A DNA stretch of 64,000 bases from Candidatus Aerophobota bacterium. Lineage in GTDB: Bacteria; Aerophobota; Aerophobia; Aerophobales; JAGGXI01. How positions within the stretch are numbered: position 1 is the first letter of the stretch; each line of letters starts with the position of its first letter. The notes beneath the pieces were generated by a model. That model did not search any database, was not told the DNA's origin, and was given only the letters and a program-made list of their open reading frames with translations. The DNA lies in contig JAGGXI010000038.1 in the NCBI GenBank assembly GCA_021163155.1, forward strand, positions 7,731 through 71,730, given 5' to 3'. Positions 51,112 through 60,590 of the stretch are shown piece after piece. A program made the translations under genes and the position numbers.

Positions 51112-51402
51112 TCGGGTGACAGCGCCTCTTTGTACTCTTAACTTTACCTTATCCTCTACTTCTATTTCTAAATAATTTTTCTTAACATTAGTAACAGTTC
51201 CATATATTCCCCCGGTGGTAATTATCTTATCTCCCTTCTTCAAACTTTCTACCATTTGTCTATGTTCTTTCTGTTTCTTCCTTTGAGGAAGGATGAGAAG
51301 AAAGTAAAAAATAACAAAGATAAGAACAAGAGGCATTAAAGATCCAATCATTCCTCCTGCTCCTCCTGTTTGCCCATTAGCAGCCCATGCAATAGCATTC
51401 AT
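51094..51402 (-). CDS. yajC: preprotein translocase subunit YajC
   Basis: A 102-aa protein with a single TM helix, upstream of tgt as in many bacteria. Confidence 0.8.
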   Translation of the reverse strand: MNAIAWAANGQTGGAGGMIGSLMPLVLIFVIFYFLLILPQRKKQKEHRQMVESLKKGDKIITTGGIYGTVTNVKKNYLEIEVEDKVKLRVQRGAVTRLRGEE

Positions 51403-51407
51403 TTCTT

Positions 51408-52529
<1,122 letters not shown>

Positions 52530-52618
52530 TTATTTTAGAATCAAGAAAACCCATTTTGTTCCCTTTAATCCTGCTTTTCCTTGACCGTATCAGGAAATTA
52601 TACCTATAATCTACTACT

Positions 52619-52660
52619 GAGGGTATTTCCCTGAAGAAGCCTTATAGGAGCTACCTTAAC
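52619..52660. repeat. partial family-A-associated motif 'gggtatttccctgaagaagccttatagga'
   Basis: It matches 7447-7480 ('gggtatcaagggattttccctgaaggagccttataag'). Confidence 0.5.
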
Positions 52661-52756
52661 GAGAAGACGAGCAGAAACAATTCAAAGCAGATATACAGCG
52701 ACGAAAGGGAATACCCAAAATCTTCTTGATATATAATATCAGGAATATAAAGGAAG

Positions 52757-53782
52757 TCAAATTATGAGCATTGCATCTCCGAAGGAGAGGAAACGATATT
52801 TTTCCTTTATTGCTTCCTTGTAAGCGGCAAGCAATTTTTCCTTACCCACAAAAGCAGATACTAATAGAATAAGTGAGGTCCCTGGCATATGAAAGTTGGT
52901 AATAAGGGAATCCACTATCTTAAATCTATATCCCGGATAAATGAACAGCTTTGTCCATCCCTCTCCCTCCTCAATTAAACCAGTAGATTTAGCCTGTGTT
53001 TCCAGAGCTCGAGTAGCACTGGTTCCTACAGTTACCACTCTTCTCGCTTCCCTAATAATCTTAGCTGCTTTAGCCTCAATTTTATAAAATTCCTCTGGAA
53101 TTTGATTCTCTTCCACTATTTCTTTATTTAAACGCTTAAAGCTGGCCCATCCGGTATGCAATGTCACCTCTACTATTTTCACCCCTTTATCTTTTATTTT
53201 TTGCAATAAAGAAGGGGTAAAATGGAGTCCTGCTGTGGGAGCAGCAATGGCTCCTCCCTCTTTAGCATAAACAGTTTGATATCTTTCTCTATCTTCGGGG
53301 CTGGGGCATCCTTCCCTTTTGATATAAGGAGGAAGAGGAACCTGACCAATCTTCGCTATAACTCTATTTAATTTGCTTGGAGGAGTAAATTTAACTACTG
53401 CCTTTGCTCCTTCACCCTTCTTTAATATATATGCTTTAAGTTCTGTCTCCGGGAAAAAAATTGAACTATCTTCTCTTATGCTCTTAGCCGGTTTCAGTAA
53501 ACATTCCCAAATATCTTCCTCTTTTTTCTTTAAAAGAAGAACTTCAGCTTTGCCTCCCGTAGTTTCTTTTTTTCCTTTCAATCGAGCAGGTATCACATAT
53601 GTATTGTTTAATACCAATACATCCCCTTCCTGGAAATAATGCAGAATCTCATAAAATCTTTTATGCTCTATTTCCCCCTTTTCTCTGTGAAGCACCAAAA
53701 GACGAGACTCATCCCTTTGGGGAGCTGGATATTGAGCAATTAATTCTCCTGGAAGCTGATAATAAAAATCTTTTAACCTCAA
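52757..53782 (-). CDS. queA: S-adenosylmethionine:tRNA ribosyltransferase-isomerase
   Basis: 'LPPYI' and 'TVGTSATR' motifs are present in a 341-aa product. Confidence 0.9.
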   Translation of the reverse strand: MRLKDFYYQLPGELIAQYPAPQRDESRLLVLHREKGEIEHKRFYEILHYFQEGDVLVLNNTYVIPARLKGKKETTGGKAEVLLLKKKEEDIWECLLKPAKSIREDSSIFFPETELKAYILKKGEGAKAVVKFTPPSKLNRVIAKIGQVPLPPYIKREGCPSPEDRERYQTVYAKEGGAIAAPTAGLHFTPSLLQKIKDKGVKIVEVTLHTGWASFKRLNKEIVEENQIPEEFYKIEAKAAKIIREARRVVTVGTSATRALETQAKSTGLIEEGEGWTKLFIYPGYRFKIVDSLITNFHMPGTSLILLVSAFVGKEKLLAAYKEAIKEKYRFLSFGDAMLII

Positions 53783-53948
53783 CTGATTTTCCTTTATTCT
53801 TTTCTTTTAAAATTACCAATAATTACTCATTGGTCAAGAAGATTTCTAGCTTTCCCCTCCATCGCTGTCCATTACGAGTAAATGGGTAAATGAGTTAATT
53901 GGACAAACTTTGTACTATTTTTTGTAGTTTCTTTACTTTTTCCTCATA

Positions 53949-53975
53949 TGGGTCAGGTCTTCAAACTTGACATAA
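53949..53975 (+). repeat. GGGTCAGGTCTTCAAACTTGACATAAA motif (left boundary of the accessory island) with an adjacent hairpin
   Basis: A direct copy lies at 56600. It is followed by the inverted repeat gtcttcaaacttgacataaat...atttatgtcgaagac. Confidence 0.65.
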
Positions 53976-54114
53976 ATATTAATTTATGGTAATGATAATT
54001 TATGTCGAAGACCATTAAGAATTTCCCATCCAGGCGCCCTTTATCATATCAGTACAAAGCATAAGGAATACAGTAGCCGCGGCAGACATCGACGTCACAA
54101 GAATTCCATCAAAA

Positions 54115-54714
54115 TTGGAAGCGCGAAGTGGACTTGGAAGCCGCGCTGAAGTTATACCAGCCATAGATAAACTTTTTGGCGAGTTATACAAAGACGCTCA
54201 AGAAAACGCACTTTGCATAATTGCGGAATGTTTAATAGCAGAAAGCCCACAATTGGCCGAAAGCGTACAAGAAATTCTTGGAAAAGACGGTTATCAATTC
54301 ATTGATGGTTCATTTGTTCCTGTTGGTTTACTAGATCAAAGAGAGGCCAAGTTCTTGCCTATAAGCTCAGCCACCGAGATTGCTAGAGCTACCTCTCGAT
54401 TAATTAATGGTGATTACAGCGGCGCAATAACATCAGCATGTGGTGCCGTCGATATCGTAATGCAGTAAATCTATAAAGAGCAAGGCCTGGGCGAAGCAGG
54501 TAAAGCCTCCTTTCAGGCTAAAGTGAATACTGCTGCTAAGCAATTACGCCTATTTGAAGCAATGGAAAGCGAATTTCGGAAAGTAGGCATGCCTGAAAAG
54601 GATACATCGGAATTAGTAAAGGAAATGAAAAGTGCCACTAACCATGCAGCACAGGCGTTACAAGTCTTGAGGCGTGCTATGGGAGACACCCATGGCATCT
54701 CTAAGATACAATAG
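54115..54714 (+). pseudogene. GC-rich ORF of unknown function interrupted by an in-frame TAA (54466-54468); the C-terminal segment carries a HEPN-like 'RAMGDTHG' (Rx5H) motif
   Basis: ORFs 54115..54468 and 54523..54714 are in the same frame and separated only by the stop. The frame is also open upstream to 54019 with no start codon there. Confidence 0.4.
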
Positions 54715-54958
54715 CCAGGGATTCTCTAATTCTTCTTTAGTCACAAAACGCCATTTACCGCTATCTTCCAAAACTTTTGTATTCTCATCCAGCAAAGAGT
54801 ATAGAACGATAGTCCTAAAAACACTTCCCAGTCTTCTTACCCACCATTTGTGAATAAAGTAAATCGGCGGTATTTTTCCTTGGCGTGGGCTTCCCGTTCC
54901 GCAATTTCGTTAACCTGTTCAATAGGGAAATCTATTTTTATAGGTCTTTGTTTCACTT

Positions 54959-55351
54959 TTATTCCTCTATTGCCTTTGCGACAATTTCATCTATAACTTT
55001 AATGAATTCCTCAGCTTTCTCAAGCCAGGTCTTGATATCTTCCTTGTTGAATTCAACAAAGTCTTCATAATCTCCCCTTTGCCTGAATTCAAACATTTTA
55101 TTGTAAAAATCTCCGAATTTTTCCCCAACAACACCTGCCTTTACAAATTCTCTATTAAATAAGCTCCTTATTCCACTGTGTTTTGAAGAATAAAGATCCT
55201 TTGTTAGAAGAAGTGCAACAGATTCATAAAAGATGGCATAATATATTCTGTTGACAGTGGCAAACAGTTTTGAATTATCAAACATTATCTTTGCTTCTTC
55301 AAAGGTCTCTTTGGCTCTCTCCCTCCTGTAGTTGATAATTTTCTCTTTCAT
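54959..55351 (-). CDS. HEPN-domain protein (toxin component of a HEPN/MNT pair)
   Basis: The 130-aa product has an 'RQRGDYEDF' Rx4-6-type motif region. Its start overlaps the MNT gene stop by 4 bp. Confidence 0.75.
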   Translation of the reverse strand: MKEKIINYRRERAKETFEEAKIMFDNSKLFATVNRIYYAIFYESVALLLTKDLYSSKHSGIRSLFNREFVKAGVVGEKFGDFYNKMFEFRQRGDYEDFVEFNKEDIKTWLEKAEEFIKVIDEIVAKAIEE

Positions 55352-55695
55352 TTAACAGGCACTCCTTCTTTGTCAATATTCCAGTGAATGGGCATAGCTT
55401 TTGCCAATGGTGATTTCCAGAAGTTGGTAGCTTCTATAAGGATTCCAAATACGACATTGTACTTTAACTCTATTCTGAAGCTCATACTGAAAATCTTTTC
55501 TCTTAAACTGTCATTGACATCACATTCAAGTAGAATTAATACATCAATATCCGATTCCTCATCAAAATCTCCTCTTACCTTAGAACCGTAAAGAATGACC
55601 CCAGCATCTGGGAATCTTTCCAGCACTCTTTTTTTTAACTCCTGTAAAGCTTTTTTCTCATTTTCTTTTAATTTCAACTCTTCTACATTCTTCAT
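55348..55695 (-). CDS. minimal nucleotidyltransferase (MNT, pol-beta superfamily; antitoxin/AMPylase component)
   Basis: 'YGSKVRGDFDEESDIDVLIL' matches the GSx9-13Dx[DE] motif. Confidence 0.85.
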   Translation of the reverse strand: MKNVEELKLKENEKKALQELKKRVLERFPDAGVILYGSKVRGDFDEESDIDVLILLECDVNDSLREKIFSMSFRIELKYNVVFGILIEATNFWKSPLAKAMPIHWNIDKEGVPVK

Positions 55696-56150
55696 TTTCT
55701 TACCTCAATCATCGGAACAAAGCATTCCATCAAACTTAATCCACCATGAAAATATATACTGTATTTTCCCGGTACAGGCCATATATATCGGGATTTCACA
55801 AGATAATAACCAGAAAAATCTACAACATAACCATCTTGCACCAGATGAGAAGCATCTGCTTGATTCATAGAGATGTATCTATTGCTGCCAAAAACATCCC
55901 TTAAAGCTCTCTTCTTGTTATCCGGAACTGGGAAAGCAAATCCAGCTTCTGAACGAATATACCCATGGTCAGATAGAATTATAATCTTGCTGGTTTTAAG
56001 TTTAGTTGCCAATTCCATCACGATTTTTTCTGTAGTTTCATGCATATTCTCAAGAGATGAGATTACAGTATGCCCTACCTGAATTTTGTCCAGCAAACAA
56101 TCCGGAAAATAAGACCAGATATATTTTTCCCTACCCGTAATCCTTATCAT
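55692..56150 (-). CDS. short alkaline-phosphatase-superfamily protein resembling the C-terminal part of a PglZ domain
   Basis: 'ILSDHGY' and the C-terminal 'HGGLSLMECFVPMIEV' fit the PglZ family. The protein is only 152 aa, bounded by a stop immediately upstream. Its start overlaps the MNT gene by 4 bp. Confidence 0.4.
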   Translation of the reverse strand: MIRITGREKYIWSYFPDCLLDKIQVGHTVISSLENMHETTEKIVMELATKLKTSKIIILSDHGYIRSEAGFAFPVPDNKKRALRDVFGSNRYISMNQADASHLVQDGYVVDFSGYYLVKSRYIWPVPGKYSIYFHGGLSLMECFVPMIEVRK

Positions 56151-56185
56151 TTAAATCAATTTTTATTTACTATTTTCATATTGTA

Positions 56186-56413
56186 TTATTTCTCCTCTGG
56201 AATATACACAAGTAACTCACCAACGGAGCAATTTAAAGCCTTGCAAAGTTTTTCGAGAACCTCGTAGGTTACCTGTTTTGCACCTGTGCCACCATTTTTC
56301 CCCATCTTGGAGAGAGCATTAATAGAAATACCTGTCCTCTTGCTTAACTGGGTGTAATTCAGGTCTCTCTCAGCTAAAAGTATCTTTAATCTATTTTTTA
56401 TCATTTTTTCCAT
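56186..56413 (-). CDS. XRE/Cro-C1-type HTH transcriptional regulator
   Basis: 'LSKRTGISINALSKM' forms the HTH. It is the first gene of the minus-strand operon. Confidence 0.8.
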   Translation of the reverse strand: MEKMIKNRLKILLAERDLNYTQLSKRTGISINALSKMGKNGGTGAKQVTYEVLEKLCKALNCSVGELLVYIPEEK

Positions 56414-56599
56414 CCCTAAGTAACTTTTTTATATTTAAAATTTGGATATTTACAATGAGAAATGTATAAAACCACTTGACAAGTATAAACGGATATGGCA
56501 AAATTACAATAGTAGATGTAAATAATTAACTTACAAAATGATTATATACACTAACTATTATAATCCAAATATTTCCTGAGTCAATATTTTCTTAGTATA

Positions 56600-56616
56600 G
56601 GGTCAGGTCTTCAAGA
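56600..56616 (+). repeat. GGTCAGGTCTTCAAGAG motif (right boundary of the accessory island)
   Basis: Direct copy of the motif at 53949. Confidence 0.6.
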
Positions 56617-58075
56617 GGCCTGTTCTCTTATTGAACTCTTTAATTAGTTTATCTATTTTACCAACTTGTTTATGAATATTACCCCAATAGTCTTCACAAT
56701 CATACCATTGAGCATTTAACTCATCCAATTCTTTACCCTGCTGTTCTATCCAGGTGTAGTATTTAAGGTTATGAATTCGTTTTTTATCATAATAAGTTAA
56801 CTCTTCCATATAATCAGTAGATAACCCAAGTAAATGTTGGTGATAGTCAACAGCAGCATCTATCTTGCCATATGAATTATTATATTCTTCTTCCATTTCT
56901 TTTAATCTTGATTTATAAAGCTCCATAGAATCTGTAAATACAGTCATAACTATATCATTCTTAGTTAATTCATAATACTTAGCAAACTTAATAGCCATTA
57001 TTACATTAGCCGCACTGGAAATACCTAATAAAGGCAACTGTTCAATTAATCTCTTAGAAACATTCATTTCTTTTAAATAATCTTTGCCAGCGGGTTCATT
57101 AAATACCCGCACCAGTCCCATGCTATCATTATCATCAACATCAATTATCATATCGGTATTCTTTACATTGTGAATCCAGGGTACGTGTTTGTCACCAATA
57201 CCTTCAATCCTATGAGCACCATAACCATTAGATAATAAAGTTGGACACTGCAGGGCTTCACCAACAACAATTTTACTGGTTGGATACAACTCTTTTAAGT
57301 AATCTCCGCATCCTAAAGTACCTGAAGAACCAGAAGTTAAAACAACTCCGGCATATTTATCATCTGGACCCATTACCTCTTTTAAAACTTCTTCCATAGC
57401 ATGACCGGTAACTTCATAATGCCAGAGATGATTACCAAATTCATCAAACTGGTTAAATACTACTACATTATCTCTTGTTTTTTTTAATTCCCAGGATTTG
57501 TCAAAAATCTCTTTTACGTTGCTTTCACTTCCAGGAGTAGCAATAACTTCTCCTGCCACTTTAGTTAGCCAGTCAAAGCGTTCTTGACTCATCCCTTCGG
57601 GTAAGATAGCAATTGATTCACAGGATAATAAATCAGCATCATAAGCACCGCCCCGACAATAATTACCTGTAGAAGGCCAAACTGCCTTATGAAAAGTAGG
57701 GTCAAATTGTCCAGTAATCAGTCTGGGTACTAAACAACCAAAGGTAGCTCCAACCTTATGAGAGCCGGTTGGAAACCATTTACCCACTAAAGCAATGATT
57801 TTAGCGTCAACTCCTGTAAGTTCTTTGGGTAATTCTATATAATTGACTCCACTATACAAACCACCATTTTTCACTGGTTCATTTTTCCAGGTAACCCTGA
57901 AAAGATTATATGAATTAATGTCCCATAACCCTATATTTTTAAGTTTATTTTTAATCCTATCAGGAACAAGTTCAGGATTCTCCATCTCCTCAAAAGTGGG
58001 AATGATAATATTCTTCTCTTTAGCTCTTTTTATTGTCCTTTCAAGTTGTTCTTCATTAATAGTTAAATCAATCAT
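56603..58075 (-). CDS. PLP-dependent enzyme, fold type II (tryptophan-synthase-beta/threonine-synthase-like) with a roughly 100-aa N-terminal extension
   Basis: 'FPTGSHKVGATFG' is the PLP-lysine motif (compare ThrC PTGSFKDR). Length is 490 aa. Confidence 0.6.
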   Translation of the reverse strand: MIDLTINEEQLERTIKRAKEKNIIIPTFEEMENPELVPDRIKNKLKNIGLWDINSYNLFRVTWKNEPVKNGGLYSGVNYIELPKELTGVDAKIIALVGKWFPTGSHKVGATFGCLVPRLITGQFDPTFHKAVWPSTGNYCRGGAYDADLLSCESIAILPEGMSQERFDWLTKVAGEVIATPGSESNVKEIFDKSWELKKTRDNVVVFNQFDEFGNHLWHYEVTGHAMEEVLKEVMGPDDKYAGVVLTSGSSGTLGCGDYLKELYPTSKIVVGEALQCPTLLSNGYGAHRIEGIGDKHVPWIHNVKNTDMIIDVDDNDSMGLVRVFNEPAGKDYLKEMNVSKRLIEQLPLLGISSAANVIMAIKFAKYYELTKNDIVMTVFTDSMELYKSRLKEMEEEYNNSYGKIDAAVDYHQHLLGLSTDYMEELTYYDKKRIHNLKYYTWIEQQGKELDELNAQWYDCEDYWGNIHKQVGKIDKLIKEFNKRTGLLKT

Positions 58076-58399
58076 TTTTCATACTCCTCATTTATTTTAA
58101 AAAGTCTCAAAGCCCTGATTATATGTTTCTCTTGAATTCGCTTCTATACTTTATTCATTCATTATTTTATAGCAAGACCTTCTTTTTTCTTACCGTTTAC
58201 TTTACTGTCTCCTTCAGATTTTAACTTTATTTTAATAAAAATCCAGTAGATTGACAACCAACTTTTATAGAAAATTCATCTTATTAGATTTTTAGAATAT
58301 TTAGAATATTTTGAAATCCGTAATATTTGCATTAACAACGATCCATATAAGAAGAGAAAGATTAATTTCAAAATCACAGATTCCACATTTAGGGTATGG

Positions 58400-58600
58400 T
58401 TACCTTTGTAGCATCTGAGTTTGCGCTACAAAGGACGGTAGCCGCAACCTTTACCCCGCTAAATAGTAGTAACATCTAATGGGGTTTAGGTTGTGCTGTT
58501 TTACGCAGGTGGTAGCCGCAACCTTTAGGTTGCGCAAAGAAGACCGTTACACAATAATGCAGGCTCTGAGCCTCGCGGCTACCATTTTTCCTGCAAAAGA
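58400..58600 (+). ncRNA. candidate structured 5' leader RNA or riboswitch upstream of gspE (GC-rich, nested hairpins, ends in a hairpin plus T-tract)
   Basis: - The 17-mer GGTAGCCGCAACCTTTA occurs twice, at 58439 and 58512.
- A hairpin cctttgtagc/gctacaaagg is present.
- A 9-bp outer stem ggtagccgc...gcggctacc is followed by 'atttttcc'.
- GC content is well above the local background. Confidence 0.35.
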
Positions 58601-58686
58601 TAGCTGACAAATGGTATTAAAGCTATTTACAAGCAAAAAATAGATAAACACAAGACTTATTTTTCTTAATTCTTAGTTTTAAATTA

Positions 58687-58783
58687 TTGAGATTTCTGAA
58701 AAAATCAGAAATCTCTGATTTCGTAGATAAAAATCGAGATTACACAGATTAGAGGCCTCTGAAGGTTTTTCAGAGATCTCTTA
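58687..58783 (+). repeat. family-C repeat immediately upstream of gspE
   Basis: 'gagatttctgaaaaaatcagaaatctctgatttcgtagataaaaatcgagattacacagattagaggcctctgaaggtttttcagagatctc'. Confidence 0.8.
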
Positions 58784-58837
58784 TTGTCAGGTTGACGAAA
58801 ACTTCTATTATAATATTATATAAAAGAAAGGGCAATC

Positions 58838-60556
58838 ATGGCAAAAATAGCGAGAGTAAGTCTTAGTGATATTCTGCTTAAAGAAGGATTCATTTCCGAA
58901 AAAGAGATTCAAAAAGCTGAAGAGTATCAAAAGAAACATAAAGGAAATCTTTCTGAAATATTTATTAAATTAAGAATGGTTACTGAGGATGAACTGGTAA
59001 GGGCACTAGCAGAACAGTTAAGTATCCCCCATATGAAACTCACCAATTATAAACTAGATCCTGAGATAATGAGTATGCTTCCAGAGAAGGTAATTAGAAA
59101 AAATAAAGTTGTCCCTTTATCTAGAACTGCTAATACTCTTACTGTGGCTACCGCTGACCCCCTTAATATTCTCCTTCTTGATAATCTTAGAGCAATGACA
59201 GGGTGCAATATACAAACTATTGTTTCCACAAACTCTGACATCGAGCAAGCCATCGGTGACTACTATTCAACAATGGCTTCAAAAGACCTTGAAAATTTAA
59301 TTAAACAATCCGAAAGGGATAAAGGAAAAATAGAACTAATCATAGAAAGAGAAATGGTAAATTTAGACGAGTTAAAAAAACAGGCTGAAGAAGCTCCTGT
59401 TATAAAAATAGTTAATCTTATCTTTTCTCGAGGTATAAAAGAGCGAGCCAGCGATATTCACTTAGAGCCCTTTGAGAAAAACTTACAGATAAGATATAGA
59501 ATCGATGGGATTCTATATACTGCATTTCTTCTTCCTAAAAAATTACAAAATGCCATAATCTCGAGGATAAAAATTCTGTCAGAAATGGATATTGCTGAGC
59601 ATAGACTCCCTCAAGACGGAAGATTTAGAATTAAAGCCTATAATAGAGACATTGACTTCCGCGCTTCTACCATTCCAACTCGATTTGGAGAAAAAGTTGT
59701 TCTTCGCCTTTTAGACAAGGCTCATCTTCAAGGATTAACTATCGATACATTAGGATTTGAAGAAAATGTCTTAAAAAAATACAAGAAAGCAATACATCAG
59801 CCCTATGGAATGATTATTTTAACCGGTCCTACTAGCTGTGGAAAATCTACCTCTCTTTATGCAGCCATCAGAGCTATAAATAGCTCTGATAAAAATATTC
59901 TTACTATTGAAGACCCTGTAGAATATGAATTAGAAGGTATTAATCAAGTCCAAATTCATGAAGAAATAGGGCTAACCTTTCCTCGAGCCCTTCGTTCTTT
60001 TCTCCGCCAAGATCCGGATATAATTATGGTTGGTGAGATGAGAGATACAGAAACAGCAAATATAGGAATACAAGCCTCTCTTACTGGCCACCTTCTCTTT
60101 ACCACTCTTCATACCAATAACGCTACTGGAGCTATAACCAGACTGATTAATATGGGAATAGAACCATTTCTTATTGCCGGAACTCTTAATTTTGTGGGAG
60201 CGCAAAGATTAATGAGAAAAGTATGCAAACACTGCCGTATTGCTTATAAACCCTCCAAAAAACTTATTGAAGAATTAAAAATAGAGGATAAAATAAACAA
60301 AGAGACTCTATTCTATAAAGCAAAAGGATGTCCTTTATGTAATAATACCGGTTACCAGAGGAGAATGGCTGTTATGGAAGCATTGGAAATAGATGATGAT
60401 ATAAAAGAGTTAATTCTCGCTAAAACTTCCGATGCTGAATTAAAAAAAGCTGCCATTTCCAAAGGAATGGTTAGCTTAAAAGAGAATGCCTTATCTAAAG
60501 TGATAAAAGGGGAGACTACCATTGAAGAGTTAGCCAGAGTAACAGGAACATTGTAG
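58838..60556 (+). CDS. gspE: type II secretion / type IV pilus assembly ATPase (GspE/PilB) with an N-terminal MshEN-like domain
   Basis: Walker A 'GPTSCGKST', Asp box, Walker B and a tetracysteine motif ('CKHC...CPLC') are present. The N-terminal 'LSDILLKEGFISEKEIQKAEEYQ' and 'LSEIFIKLRMVTEDELVRALAEQ' repeats resemble MshEN. Confidence 0.9.
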   Translation: MAKIARVSLSDILLKEGFISEKEIQKAEEYQKKHKGNLSEIFIKLRMVTEDELVRALAEQLSIPHMKLTNYKLDPEIMSMLPEKVIRKNKVVPLSRTANTLTVATADPLNILLLDNLRAMTGCNIQTIVSTNSDIEQAIGDYYSTMASKDLENLIKQSERDKGKIELIIEREMVNLDELKKQAEEAPVIKIVNLIFSRGIKERASDIHLEPFEKNLQIRYRIDGILYTAFLLPKKLQNAIISRIKILSEMDIAEHRLPQDGRFRIKAYNRDIDFRASTIPTRFGEKVVLRLLDKAHLQGLTIDTLGFEENVLKKYKKAIHQPYGMIILTGPTSCGKSTSLYAAIRAINSSDKNILTIEDPVEYELEGINQVQIHEEIGLTFPRALRSFLRQDPDIIMVGEMRDTETANIGIQASLTGHLLFTTLHTNNATGAITRLINMGIEPFLIAGTLNFVGAQRLMRKVCKHCRIAYKPSKKLIEELKIEDKINKETLFYKAKGCPLCNNTGYQRRMAVMEALEIDDDIKELILAKTSDAELKKAAISKGMVSLKENALSKVIKGETTIEELARVTGTL

Positions 60557-60590
60557 TCAGAGGCCCAGGCACTTCAAAAGGAGAAATAAT

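Noticed and set aside
55692-56150. Interpreting the 152-aa PglZ-like ORF as a frameshifted fragment of a longer BREX pglZ gene
   Set aside because: A TAA lies in frame immediately upstream of its ATG, and the upstream 35 bp up to the XRE gene cannot encode the missing N-terminal about 300 aa. If it is a remnant, the rest has been deleted. I therefore report it as a stand-alone short protein with uncertain family assignment.
58439-58528. Duplicated 17-mer GGTAGCCGCAACCTTTA as a possible mini-CRISPR or tRNA fragment
   Set aside because: There are two copies only. They are embedded in base-paired context with no tRNA T-loop (GGTTCGAATCC) or D-loop signature. It is better explained as part of a structured leader.
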